The position numbers and the translations under genes were made by a program. DNA of 64,000 nucleotides from the human T2T-CHM13v2.0 reference genome, Homo sapiens, in NCBI RefSeq assembly GCF_009914755.1, contig NC_060948.1. The stretch is one strand, 5' to 3'. Below the pieces are notes generated by a model, which did not search any database, was not told the origin of the DNA, and saw nothing but the letters and a program-made list of their open reading frames with translations. Positions 1 through 13,471 of this stretch are shown piece after piece. Numbering within the stretch: position 1 is the stretch's first letter; each line of letters starts with the position of its first letter.

Positions 1-2459
1 ATTTCTATGTGTTTTTTTTTTTTTTTTTAACTTTGTATTTTAGGAAAGACCCCAGTGGCACACATCTCCTTTAGTTTTACTCTGGCACTAAAGTTGATGT
101 AGGGCCATCAATCCTCTGTCTTTAGAATTATACATAAACTATGATTTACACCCAGTTTGTCATAAAAAATTGTATACATTTTCATTCAACCTCTCTTTCC
201 ACTTCGCTAATTCACCTTCTTGTCTTCTGAATGCTTTTCCAATTGGACCTTGCCAGCCACCTCCCCTTTCTAGGAAGAACTTCCTTTTTTCAACAATGTA
301 AATGAGACTGCTTTTCTAACAGCAGTGATGGCTCTAATTGAACTTCATAAATCTTTACAAAATTACAACTCATAAATCTTTACAAAATTACAATTGCCAT
401 CAGTGAGGTACCACTGAAACTATTTTTGTCAAAATAAATCTTGGCATTGGATGGGCAGAGATGTGGGGATGGACTTTTCCAAAGGAATACCATCACTTTG
501 TTTCAGTGTTTAGAATACACTTTTTTGGCGGGGGGAGGTGGGTAGAAGGGAATAACTGTGCCTTCAATGAGTTGGAATAAAACAAACCATCATCATTTCA
601 ATCTATAATTATAAGAACTTCAGAACAACCGGTAACCTGAGTTTAAACTATAGTATCAGTTCACAAAATTCCGCCTTTTGATAATATAGCGTATTTCCCA
701 AGAGGAACACTCTTTAGTCAGATGGGTCGTGTATTTACAAGTGGCTTTGGAGACTTGTGATTTTACACCAGCACCTACTGTAACTAGAGTAGAGTTACTG
801 GTTTCCTAGCTTTGTGTCTCTCTATATGTCAACAGGGGGAAAAAGACTTAAATAATCAAAACTGATGACTCTAGAGGGAATCCCTCTAATGCCTCGGCTG
901 TTATTAAGGCACCCTGAGGGGAACACTTTAATGGCTCTTGACCATGGCCCTTCTTTCCTGGCCAATCTGCCCCCTGGATCTTCTGTAAGACCAGTATAGC
1001 CTCTGTTAACTTTAACTCAGCAGCAAGGCACCTTTTTCTGGCTCCATAGTGCCTACTTAAAACAAAACAAAACAAAACAAAAACAGAAAATGCATATCTT
1101 GAATATTGTCAAATAAGGCCTCAGTTAAAACAGAAGACAGAAATTTCAGACCAATTGATACATCATGTTTTAATTCAGCAGAACTGTCTTCTATTTCTTT
1201 ACAAGAAGTGATCACTTGGTAATGAGAAACCTGGAAAAGTTGTGAAAATTAATTTGCTTCTCCAAGAACATTCAATAAATCATCCTTTATAATTTTACTG
1301 AAAAGGCAGGAGAGTGATGGTCTGCATATCATCCACTATTCTCTTCACTGCAATGAGGTTAAAAGATAGCATGAACAATGACGGTTAATACTATACTTAC
1401 ATTTTAACGAAAAAGTTAAGGTTTACAATGCATTTTATTTTACCCAGAAGTGGGTAGCCATTATTCCAACTGTATTCATTTGGGTGAGTTTGAGGATTAA
1501 ATTCTTAATGTCTGGAACACAGTGTACAGTCGTATCTTATTCTCCCTGTCTTGTGGGTAGCTGATCCACAACATTTTGAAGAGTTGTGTCACAGATTCAT
1601 GGGTATAAATGTGAAATAAGTGAAAACTAGTATGTATCTTGAGTATCCCTTATTCTTGCTAGACACAATGTCACGGACGCAGTACCTCTCACAAAGTTTT
1701 ATGGATCACTTCATCACTAATAATCTATGGCAGAGTTTCAAATTACTATAACTCCTAGGAGGATTTCTACTTTGGGATTCCTGGAGCCTAGGTTTCCGTT
1801 CTTCCTACAAATTACAGGTTTCATTATTTGATGACAAATCAACTATTTAGTAGCAATATGTGCTGAATGGTTGTGTAAAGTAAAGCTAATAAGCTTTGTA
1901 GGATGGAAAGTATTTAAAAATGATTGTCAAAGGAGTCTATTTTTAACAATGGAAACAGAAACTAGCAAGTGCATATGTTGAAGGCAGTAACATGCAGAAC
2001 CTCTTTGTGGTTTCAGAGGAAAAGACGGCAACCCAACCTCAGCATGATAGCATGTTTAACTTCAGTAGGATACTGTTTGTATTTTTAGGTACAGTGTGAT
2101 TTTACGTTGCTGAGTTGGTAATTACAGTTAAGGTAGGTGCAAGAATAATTCCTGATAAATGAAAATAAATATATATACAAATGATACTACTAGTCAGGTA
2201 TTTAGGAATTACAAAATTTGTTCTCTATTGTCAGATATTCATTTCCTCCAATGAAAACTGTAAAAGAGCACGTTTTTCAAAGCAACTGTAAGTCTGTCTC
2301 TGGTAATAGTTGTGTGATTGAAACTCAATGATTCCTTCTCTCCTAGAGGCTTCTAATGGAGAGAGATCATTATTGAAGCACATATTAAAATATACTCCTG
2401 ATAGAACATTATTTATGTCAACATGAAGAATAATTTTGGGAGGTGTTTGTAGTTCTTTC

Positions 2460-2769
2460 TTTTTTCTTTCTTTTTCTTTTTTTCTTTTTTTGAGACAGAG
2501 TCTCATGCTGTGTGCCCAGGCTACAGTGTAGTGGCATGATCTCAACTCACTGCAAGCTGCACCTCCCAGGTTCATGCCATTCTCTGCTCCAGCCTCCTCA
2601 GTAGCTGGGACTACAGGTGCCTGCCACCATGCCCGGCTAATTTTTTGTATTTTTAGTCGAGATGGGGTTTCACCATAGCCAAGATGGCCTCGATCTCCTG
2701 ACCTCATGATCCACCAGCCTCGGTCTCCCAAAGTGTTGAGATTACAGGCGTCAGCCACTGTTGACAGCC
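2460..2769 (-). mobile_element. Alu with AluY-type diagnostics, heavily diverged
   Basis: Full dimer in reverse with T-rich tail. AluY-type motifs GCAAGCT, GCCATTCTC and CTCGATCTCC. TSD GTAGTT(C/A)TTTC at 2449-2459 and 2770-2780. Confidence 0.93.
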
Positions 2770-3402
2770 GTAGTTATTTCAATGTCCACTGAACAATTTT
2801 AACTTAAGGTAACTTCATACTTCTTTGTAACATTAAAGAGTCTTTGGATTCAACTTTAAATCTTGAAATACAGTGGATTTAACTATTTAGAGTAAGAACA
2901 GATATATTTAAGGTAATAATATTGGTTGAAATGTCTAATTTATGACAGAAGATATGCTGTCTACACTCATCATTTCGCAGTTACTTTGTGAAAGATCACA
3001 AAGCACCACAGGCAAATCCAGCATTCTATCCTTGGGCCCTGATTGTCCTTGCTGGGCCTTCCTCCAAATCCTGACTGCCTCACTGCCATTCAAGTTTGAG
3101 TGGGGCACTGTACGTGGTATAAGCAATGGATGCTGACCTGCAACCGCAAAAAAAAAATTAATCATATAATTTTATTCACTTTCTTTGTACCACATTATGA
3201 TACCAACCCCGCTGAGCATAGCTCACTTTCTGCAATCCTCTTGAATGAGGTCTTTGTTAATAATTTTCCATGGAAACTTACTTGATCTGGGCAATATATT
3301 CCTCTCGGAAATTTAGTTGTGTGTATCTATGATGTGTTGATTAATTCTTGGCTCTTTCACTACAAGCAACTATCCACGAGATCGAAATAAAATTAGCAAA
3401 AT

Positions 3403-3710
3403 GTCAGGTGCGATGGCTTCCATCTGTAATCCCAGCACTTTGTGAGGCTAAGTCGGGTGAATCACTTGAGGTCAGCAGTTCAAGACCAGCCTGGGTTATA
3501 TGGCAGAACACCCATCTCTACTACAAATAAAAAATTAGCCAGGCATGGTGGTGAATGCCTTTGGTCCAGCTACTCAGGAGGCTGAGACAGAAGAATCACT
3601 TGAACCCAAAGTTGGAGATTGCAGTGAGGCAGGATCACACCACTGCACTCCTGCCTGGGTGAGGCAGTGAGACTCTGTCTCAAAAATATATATAAAATAA
3701 AATATAAAAG
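3403..3710 (+). mobile_element. Alu (AluS/J-like), diverged
   Basis: TGTAATCCCAGCACTTT ... GAGACTCTGTCTC followed by an A-rich tail. Confidence 0.9.
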
Positions 3711-4165
3711 CTCCAGGATATCCTTTTGCCTATGTATCATACATCATCATTTAAAGAACAGGACAAATATTTATAAAAATGAGACTATACCAACAATAAT
3801 ATTAAATATAAAAGTTTAATTTTGAAGTTCATTATTAAAGGGAGCCTTAAAAAGGTGCAGAACGGATAAAATTCAAATGTGTATCTTTATTAAAATAGGA
3901 AGAAATTTTTGGATCAAAAGATGAATTAATGTCAAAATGTGTCAGATGGAATGTCATACATATGATACTGTGTATTAATACTTTGACACATGTGTTTGGC
4001 AATTTTGTGACAAAAAGAAAAAACATATCAACTTACCCTGTATTTAACAAAAAAATCCCTTCATTATATGATATAAACATATTTATATTATATTAAATTA
4101 AATATTTAACATTTAAATATTTAATATTTCATGTTTATTTGAATTATAATAAATTTGCCATGGAG

Positions 4166-4167
<2 letters not shown>

Positions 4168-4214
<47 letters not shown>
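4168..4214. repeat. (TG)n microsatellite
   Basis: Uninterrupted TG run read directly. Confidence 0.97.
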
Positions 4215-4217
<3 letters not shown>

Positions 4218-5057
4218 AGAGAGGAGATTTCTTATTGTAAAATGGATTATGTTACAAAATTATTTCAAATTAGTTATTTTCAAAAGGGTATACATTTTCC
4301 CATAAAAATAATACCGTAAGAATTGGAAAGATACATAACAATCTTTATAATTTCAGGATCCAACATTAATAAACTCTGACAAGCAAGACATAATTCACGT
4401 TGACTTTAAAATGAATAGGAGGATGGTTAGAAGAGTGGAGCAATGCAGCCAGTGGAAGTGAGAAAAAAATCTGACAACTGAACACCTCTAAAATCAGGAG
4501 TGATGGATAAAGCTTTCTGGGTATGGATTTCTAGTAGAAAGGTAACATGTACAAGTCACTTGCAATCTAATTGTTCATGGAATAAAAACCACCTAACAGC
4601 TTATTATTTAAAATTAATAGTCCTGTTGCTTAGCACATATTCATAATTTCCATGGCAGAACTGTGTTTCCCGTTCCTTTGCTTCCTGTTAGGGGTTAATG
4701 GGATGCCCAGACATGAAAAACAGGGAAGGTCTTGAAATGTGTTTGGCAATTGAACTTACCGTCTTGCTTTCCTGCTTTTCTTTACAAGAAGAAAATAACT
4801 TAGCTGTAGGTTTAAAGAGAACACATTAGAATCGACTGAGACAAAACCAATTCCAACTAAGCTTAGAAGAGTAAAAAATCCCTCTTTTTCTGCAGTTACA
4901 AAGGCAAAAATACATGCTTACTATAAAATACCACCAAGTTTTGGTATGGGTAATTATGCAACATTATTGAGACACTAAATTGTATACTCTTTACCTAAAA
5001 AAATAGTTTTGCCAAACAAGCATTGGTACAGAAAGTGTTAGATTAAGGCCTATACAG

Positions 5058-5196
5058 GAAAATTCAAAGTAAGTAATATTAACAAGAACAGTGATGATAA
5101 CCTCAGTAGCAATAACAATTAAAACAGAAAATTAAAAGTAAGTAATATTAACAAGAACAGGGATGATAACCTCAATAGCAATAACAATTACAACAG
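5058..5196. repeat. 69-bp tandem duplication (2 copies)
   Basis: GAAAATT(C/A)AAAGTAAGTAATATTAACAAGAACAG(T/G)GATGATAACCTCA... starts at 5058 and again at 5127. Confidence 0.92.
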
Positions 5197-5608
5197 AAGT
5201 GTCTTACTTACATTATCTCATTTTACATAAAAAAGACAAAATTTACATTGTGAATTGGAATGCTTAAAACTTCAGCTTTTTTTATTTTAAAATACTATAT
5301 TTCCATGTAAATGGGGTCCTGCATTTTTCACTCAAATCAGTGAGACATCTCTTTATTGTGGCTGAGCTGCTCTTACCTGTGTATGTGGGAACAAATCTTG
5401 TCCTAGTTTTCAGTTTCTTGAATGAAACAGCAGTAATAACAAAAATGAGAGGTCCTCATCACTGACGCTACGTATGGCTTTTTAAAAAAATCAGTGTTAG
5501 TTTCTTTATTTTTTGGTTGGCCTGTCCTTAGCTTTTCAAACAGGCAATATCTGTCTTTAGAGAACATCTATCCTTGCCTAATCCTTTGCTAGCATATAAT
5601 ATAAAGCA

Positions 5609-5733
5609 GGAGAGAGAGAGAGAGTGAGAGAGAGAAACATACAGAGAGAAGCAAATAGAGAAACAGAGAGAGGGAAACCAAGAAACAGAGGGAAACAGAG
5701 AGAGAGAAACAGAGAGAGATAAAGAGATAGAGA
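5609..5733. repeat. GA-rich simple/low-complexity repeat
   Basis: (GA)n and GAGAAACA units. Confidence 0.9.
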
Positions 5734-6672
5734 TTCTTCAAAAACAATAAATTATGTCTGCATCTGAAAGAAAGTAAAATGTACTGATGAGCTTGAACTA
5801 GGGAATGAAAACTTTGGTTCTATATGTTTAATTAGTTTCTAATTTCTCTGTAATCTCATCATGAGTCTCTAACAGGAAATAATATTGACCATACATTTGG
5901 TACAATTAGGTGCTCATATCTTAGATCATTCTCAAGGGGCTCACTAAATTATTTACTAAGCCTAATGTATTACCAATGCAGGTTTAACTCCACCTCTAGT
6001 GTAACTGTAAAATTCAGTGAGTAAGCAGTGCCCTGTGATCATCATGGGCTTGTTGTTAGAGATAAGTGAATAGAGTGCCTTGCACAGTGTCTATAAGGAA
6101 ATACTGTATCACCTTGCCCTGCTCCATTAAAGGAATGAGGGTTTACATCATATTCCACACAAGGAAAACATTTTTAAATGCTTCATTTTCCCTAAGGTAA
6201 ACCACAATGACAACAACAACAACAAGAAAAACAGACTCATTCTGTCTGGTTCCAAAAATTAAATCAAATCTTGAGCTTTTCTGTAAGTTACTGACTCCCT
6301 AACAAAAATAATTTTATCTTGGCCTTTGAAATGTTGATATATAAAAATGGGAGAATGTCATCTAATTTGACAATAATTCAAAGAAGTTATTAATTGTCCA
6401 TCATGAACATTACAGCTTTGATAAATTAAATATCTAGTCATTTTTTTTTAATTTTACAGCAAGTTCTGTTAAAACCTGTACTCCAATTAATAATTTTCTG
6501 CAAATGAATTTATTTTCTTTTCTAAATGACTTAGTCTCTGAGTCTTTGACATTTGATTTCCAGTGAGTGCCCATAAACTGTTTTATATTACCGTTGTTAT
6601 GAACATGGCAGTCATTTTCATAGTTCATAAATATGCATAGATTCAAATATGTACTATCTATGATAAACTTTT

Positions 6673-6924
6673 CTTTTTTTATTATACTTTAAGTATTAGG
6701 GTACATGTGCACAACGTGCAGGTTAGTTACATATGTATACATGTGCCATGTTGGCGTGCTGCACCCATTAACTCATCATTTAACATTACGTGTGTCTCCT
6801 AATGCTATCCCTCCCCCCTCCCCCCACCCCACAACAGGCCCTGGTGTGTGATGTTCCGCTTCCTGTTTCCATGTGTTCTCATTGTTCAATTCCCACCTAT
6901 GAGTGAGAACATGCAGTGTTTGGT
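6673..6924 (-). mobile_element. L1PA 3' end, short 5'-truncated insertion
   Basis: Reverse L1 3'UTR (TTATTATACTTTAAG...GTACATGTGCACAACGTGCAGG, C-rich tract). Short TSD AACTTTT at 6666 and 6925. Confidence 0.92.
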
Positions 6925-7345
6925 AACTTTTAAGCGGTGATTATTCTGGTGACTTTAGCAGAGCCAGGAGACTCTAAACAAACAATTTACTTCAGTTATT
7001 TTTGCTGTATAAACAGTGATGCATGTTTCCTCCAAGGTTCAACTGAGCATTCAACTGAGTATTCTTATGACTAGTCCATGAAGAAACAATATGATCACCT
7101 AAAAACAAACCCAGCTGAAACATGCAGGAAACACTAATTTTGAATATATGGTTATCATTTATTGCATATTTATTCACCAAGCACTGTCTTGATAAAAACT
7201 GTAAGATATGTCAATCAGCCTTAATAGACTGACTCTACAGGAGTGACTAATCACTCCCCATAGGTAGGCCTTTCTTACCTGGACACACTGTTTGTTCTGG
7301 ATATGCTAACCACTTTAAAGACGTTGATGATTCTAAACACTCATT

Positions 7346-7822
7346 CAGGTACCAGTGCATGATCTGTTAGGAACTGGCTGCACAGCAAGAGGTGAGTGGC
7401 TGGCAGGCCAGCAAAGCTTCATCCGTATTTACAGCCACTCCTCATTGCTTGCATTACTGCCTTAGCCCCACCTCCTGTCAGATCAGAAGTGACATTAGAT
7501 TATCATACCCCGTGGTGAACTGTCTATGCGAGGGATCTAGATTGTGCACTCTTATGATTATCTAATGCCTGATGATCTGTCACTGTCTGCCATCACCCTG
7601 GGACAGAAAGCAAGTTCAGGCCTCCCACTGATTCTACATTATGGTGAGTTATATAATTATTTAATTATATATTGCAGTGTTGTAATAATAGAAATACCGG
7701 TACAGAATAAATGTAATGTTCTTGAATCATCCCAAAACCATCAGCTCCCCACCCATGATCTGTGGAAAAATTGTCTTCCATGAAACCAGTCCCTGGTACC
7801 AGGAAGTTTGGGAATGTCTGCT
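7346..7822 (+). mobile_element. MER1A-like hAT-Charlie DNA transposon relic
   Basis: TGTTAGGAACTGGCTGCACAGCAAGAGGTGAG ... AAAGCTTCATCCGTATTTACAGCCACTC ... GTGGAAAAATTGTCTTCCATGAAACCAGTCCCTGGT. Confidence 0.8.
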
Positions 7823-9755
7823 CCAGACCAACCACTCCAGAGAAACTATAATGACTGAGCCATATCAGCGACCTGAGAAACTAAAAATTCTAAAAACACA
7901 AAACAATCTGCACAAAAGACTACTACCACAGCCTCCCAGGAGAACTTGACCTGCTCTACATTCTCACAGAGATGAAAGGGCCCATCCAAGTAGAAATTTC
8001 AAGTAATCTCTAAGTAGGTTACCTGCTACCTTTTATGTATATAAAATAAGTACACTTTCTTCAGGTTTATGTGAGTATTGTTTCACATAATAAATCCCAC
8101 TGAGTACTCAGACACCCTCTGAACTTGTAAAAATGCTGCCTGTTAACTTATCAATGTTGTTGCTGTCTAATGAAGGATAAGCAATAATTGTTTATAAAAT
8201 TTTAATGCTTGTCTTAGTGCTTCTTTATTTAATCTTTTAAAAATTCAGTCAGCTACTGTTTACGTGTGTACTATTAATATGTCCTCTCTTTAGAACCTGA
8301 TAAAAAGAAAGCTGGACATAAGAATGCTTTTACTACTATGGTTTCCATAAGGATAAACTTGGACAGAAACTGTTAGTACATTCTAAAGCATATATTTAGT
8401 AAAATAATATGCTATCACCAGTAATTTTATTACTAAGCTAATTAAGTTTTGTATCTAAGATGAATGGGATTATTAGAAATTAATTACTTGAATAAAGAGA
8501 ATGCATTCATGTTTTAGTATGAACTTTAGTATGCCAATTTTCTAAAGAGTTCGGTTAATGTTACTCATTCATCATTCTGTTCCACAGTTTGTTGAGCATG
8601 TACTGCACATTTGGAAATTGGAGATCCATAGGTTGATGCACAATATATGAAAACTACCTTCTCTGACATAAAAAATATTACACATTTTTATGTCAAACAC
8701 AAGCATGATATGAAAACATACTTTTAACGACACTTTCAAGTCTAAACTCTCCTGAAACTGACATTCATTCAAATTTCTCAATAAGCTTACACACACAATT
8801 TTTATCCTAGCATCCATTGTTTTCCATACCATTCTGCAATTAAAATATTTCACTGCAAAATCTACTCAATATTGTATTTTCCTCTGCACCGTTTCTTCAT
8901 GCCAGAGAAAATGAAGTAATGTAAGGAAAAGCTACAAGAGATTGGAGAGAAAGTGTAACACGAGCTGAGCCCTGAAAGGAGAATGGAACTCCAACCAATT
9001 GTAGAAAGGATTCGACTCTCAGGCAAAGGAACTTAGAATCAATTTCATGGTAACCTCAGAACCTTCATATTTTCTCTTTCTGTCTTACTTTCTTTTGTGC
9101 AAGTCCTTTCTTAGTTTCCAGGTGTGGGAGCTTTGCCTGCATTGTTACTTTGATTCAGAAGTCATCAAAAAATTTTTAAAAAGAGTTTCAATCCAGCAGT
9201 TAATAGATGGAATATGAATAAGAAACCAGCAAGGATTGTTTTTATTTTGTTTTATTTTATTTTTTCCTACTTTCATAAAGCTAAGTGAAACACTTCAGAT
9301 TTAAGAAATTCTCCTCTTTCCTGGAGCAAAATTAAGCTCTAAAGTTCAGAGGCAAGTAGAAAATCAAGCATCACTTCCCCTCTGACTACAAGCAAAAGAA
9401 AACAAACCTTGCAGCCAGGATAGCAGGAATCTGGCTGGGTAAAACCGCATCAAAGCTGCTCTGTAGATCAACCAGCGATGCATCTCAAGTGGTAATCTGG
9501 GAGCATGCCACCACCATAACGCTTTCAACCCTAGTAAGCAAATACCCACTTCTAAGATGAAATCTGTCTTCTTTGAGTAACCCTCAGAGCCCATAATGTT
9601 GTCAAACCAAAAAGAAAGCATCTTTTCTCATCCTATTCCCATTATAAATTAGACATGTTTTGTAAATAAATACTGCTTAACATTGCCTAGTTTCTAACCC
9701 ATGCAAAAGTTTTATAGGTTCTAAAGTTATGTGCATTCTGAGATAGGTATACTAA

Positions 9756-10394
9756 TGCAATACCTAAACTTGTTTTTACTAACCTTGCTTTTACTAACCT
9801 TGTTTTTAGACTCTCCCTTTCTCCCTTAATCACCTAGCCTTGTTTCCATGTGAATATGCTCTCCCTTAGCTATGAAAGCCAGACGAACTCCATTTGGCTC
9901 CTTCATTTACAAGATATCAAGGACTCCTTACCCACCCCCTTTCCTCAAGGAGTTAACTTGTGTAAGCTGATTGTCTACGCATCAAAGAGTCCAATTAACT
10001 GAAGCAAGCAATGCACAAAGCAAGGTACTGAAGCAAGCAATGTACAAAGTTCCCAGGATTTCACTCAAGAGATAACACCATAAAGCCTTGAGTTTGTGTT
10101 CAGCAGAGCCACCATACCTGACATCTTATAATATATTTAGAGCCCCTGCACCTGGAACTGTTTATTTCTCTGTAACCATTTGTCTTTTTAATTTTTTGCA
10201 TGTTTTTACTTCTGTAGAATTGTTGCAACTGAGCCCCCTTCCCCTTCCTAAACCAAGGTATAAAGGAAAATCAAGCCCCTTCCTCGGGGCCGAGAGAATT
10301 CTGAGCGTTATCCGCCTCTCGGCTGCCGGCTAAATAAAGGACCCTTAAATTCATTTCAAAGTGTGACATTCCTCTAACTCGCTTGGGTACAACA
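9756..10394 (+). mobile_element. Solo LTR, ERV1 class, LTR6 (HERV-S71/HERV-T)-like
   Basis: TG...CA termini, 4-bp TSD CTAA (9752-9755 and 10395-10398), TATAAA at ~10259 and AATAAA at ~10333. Resembles the recalled LTR6 consensus. Confidence 0.82.
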
Positions 10395-10990
10395 CTAATG
10401 GAAAATGTATCATGATATGCTGTATACCTTTTCAAAGGTAAAATAAATATATAATTGCAGAACCATATATTAATCTTTCAGAGGTATACAGAGAAATGCA
10501 GAGGCATGCAATTAAACCTATGATGAATATAAATAAATGAGAAAAAGGAAGAAAAATCACAGACTGTAGTGATATAATAAGAGTCATAGTTGTTTTCTTT
10601 TACTTTCATGTTTGTAAAAACGTAGTAATTGTTGGGTACCTGAAAATGTGATACTAATTCCCTTAATTACATGGTACTAAATATTTTCTTCCAAGGTTTT
10701 TATAGCCTTTAGTTTAGACAAAATTAAGTTTACCTGATGCAAATCATTTTAAAGGAGAATTTGTTTAGCAAATACTACTTTGTAATTGTAGGAAAAGTTT
10801 TTTTAATTATAATTTGTTTACATTGATCAATTTTAAAACTAGTGGAAATTTTGAATAAAGACACTTCCTGTGAAAAAAGAAAACAGCTCAGTGTATATTA
10901 TATCTAAAATGCTACTAGCTTGCTTCTCCTTCTAAAAGACATAAATCTTAATCATGAGGAATAATTTTCAAATATACTCTTAAGAAGTAC

Positions 10991-11805
10991 AAAAATGGTT
11001 TGGGAAAACTGGCTAGCCATATGCAGAAAACTGAAACTGGACTTCTTCCTTGCACCACTTACAAAAGTCCACTCAAGATAGATCAAAGACTTAAATGTTA
11101 CAACTAGGACCTTTAAAATCCTAGAAGAAAACCTGGTCAATGCTATTCAGGACAAAGGCATGGGCAAAGAATTCATGTCCAAAACACTGAAAGCAACAGC
11201 AACAAAAGACAGAATTGACAAACGGGATCTAATTAAACTAAAGAGCTACTGCACAGCCAAAGAAACTGTCATCGGAGTGAACAGCCAACCTACGAAATGG
11301 GAGAAAATTTTGCAATCTATTCATCTGACAAAGGGCCGATATCCAGAATCTACAAAGAACTTACACCAATGTACAAGAATAAAACAAATAACCCCATCAA
11401 AAAGTGGGCAAAGGATATGAACAGACACTACTCAAAAGAAGACATTTATGCAGCCAGCAGATACATGAAAAAATGCTCATTATCACTGGTCACTAGAAAA
11501 ATGCAAATCAATCCACAATGAGATATCATCTCTCTCCAGTTAGAATGGCAATCATTAAAATGTCAGGAAACAACAGATCCTGGAGAGCTTGTGGAAAAAT
11601 AGGAATGCTTTTACGCCGTCAGTGGAAGCGTAAATTAGTCCAACCATTGTCGAAGACAGTGTGGCAATTCCTCAAAGATCTAGAACTGGAAATATCATTT
11701 GACCCAGCAACCCCATTACTGGGCATATACCAAAGGATTATAAATCATTCTATGATAAAGACATGTATGTTTATTGTGGCACTATTCACAATAGAAAGAC
11801 TTGGA
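10991..11805 (+). mobile_element. L1PA ORF2 3' fragment, truncated at both ends
   Basis: Translates to L1 ORF2 C-terminal pieces ([26 protein letters not shown]). Ends at AAAGACTTGGA with no 3'UTR or polyA. Confidence 0.93.
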
Positions 11806-11927
11806 CTCCCAAAAAAAAGGTGAAGAAAGGAACCGCATGGTTAACTCACTGAGTAATCAGTAAGTCATTGGTCCGCACTTGAGGTCACAAAGCTCTGGGG
11901 GAAGTTGGTTCAAGCTGAGTTTTCATT

Positions 11928-13471
11928 ATAAGACAACAGTTATCAGCACCTCAGAAACAGTATATAAAAGTATTAAAACAGTTGCTTACGGCTAGCGGGG
12001 CTTCAGTTTCCCAGGTTCAATTAATGAAATTAATATAAACTTTGGTCATATAATCCATGGTTCCCAGAAGAAGGAATGCTAGACGTAGAACTCTGGGAAC
12101 AAGTAGGGAGAAATCTTAAACAATGTTATGCACAGGGTCGTCAGGTCCCAGCATCAGCTTTAACATGGCGGGCTTTACTAAGGATGGTTTAGTCCCATTA
12201 TACACAGAAGAGCCTAAAAATGAGAAGGAGGGAGAAACATCACCTGCCTTATCACCTCCTTTTCCCTCAGTCCCACTATCACCGGGCCAAAATAACAAAG
12301 AGTAAATGGAGGGTTTGCCTGAGCCCCGTCTTACTGTAAGTAGAAAAAAAGGCAAGAAACATACTTCAGCTATGGGACCTTGTCTTAAACAAGTGGCATT
12401 AGAAGGAGAGCTCTTAGCCTGTCCAGTAATGCAAGACCAACATGGTAATCAAGTACATGAACCCATTTCCTTTCACTCTTATAAACAATGAAGAAAAAGC
12501 ATTAAAGAAAATGGAGCCACTAGACCATTTACAAAAGGAATGATTGGGGCCTTAGCAGACCAATTCTGTGTGGGCCCATGGGACTGGTCAATGCTAGCTA
12601 AAGCAACTCTGGAGCCTAGCCCATTCCTCCTCTGGAAGGCAGGATATGGACGGCTTGTGCAAACAACAAGCCAACCAGAATCAGGCAGCCGGGCAAAATA
12701 TAATAGCTGATAAGCTCCAAGGGAGGTGTCCTCATGCTGATGTATAAAAACAACTAAATTTTGATCCCCAGGCCTTTGCTGAAGTGTCTGTGTGCTCTCA
12801 GAGCTTGGGACCAAATTCCCAAGACCAGAGTTCAGCAGAGGTCTTTTGTAAATGTTTGACAAGGGACTTAGGAGCCATTTGTTGAGTTTATGGATCCGTT
12901 AACTCAGGCAATTAAGAGGCAAATTAGTCACACCCAGGCCACTCCTATCTTATTGCTGCAACTGGCTTTTGAAAACGCTAATGTGGATTGCCAGCAGGCA
13001 ATGGCAGGCAATCAAAGGAAAGGCAAGCACCATCCAGGAGCTCATATAAGTGCCTCACCTGGTAGGAACTGAGACAAACAAGGCCAGAATATGAGCTATG
13101 TCATTAAGCCCTCCGAAAGTGAAAAGGGAGAGACACCAAAATTGTTTTCTATGTGGAGTGAAAGGTCATGTGAAGAGGCAATGCCCCCCTAGTGATAACC
13201 GAGCTAACTCAGGGAAAGAACCCTCTTCTATATGTTCCGAATGTAGGAAATGGAAACATTAGGCAAATCAATGCAGGTCTAAATTTGATAAAAATGGCAA
13301 TCTCATAGGAAATCAGTCGAGAAACTTCATGAGGGGCCAGCCCCAAGCCCTGATCCCAACTGGGACAATGCCGACAGCTTTCCTTGGTCAGCTGGAAAGC
13401 CCACAGTTCTCTCTCTTAGAGCAGCCACTACTGGGAGTGCATGACTGGACTTTCTCTGCCCTGCCAAATTA
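11928..13471 (+). pseudogene. gag: ERV gag remnant (MA, CA, NC)
   Basis: Decayed start ATA AGA CAA CAG TTA (expected MGQQL), NPWFPEEG, major-homology-region-like QGT*EPFVEF, zinc knuckles CFLCGVKGHVKRQC (~13143) and CSECRKWKH*ANQC (~13233). Many stops. Confidence 0.88.

Noticed and set aside
2231-2758. 175-aa ORF, and similar ORFs at 29500-30226, 45444-45803 and 57499-57754
   Set aside because: Alu-derived translations
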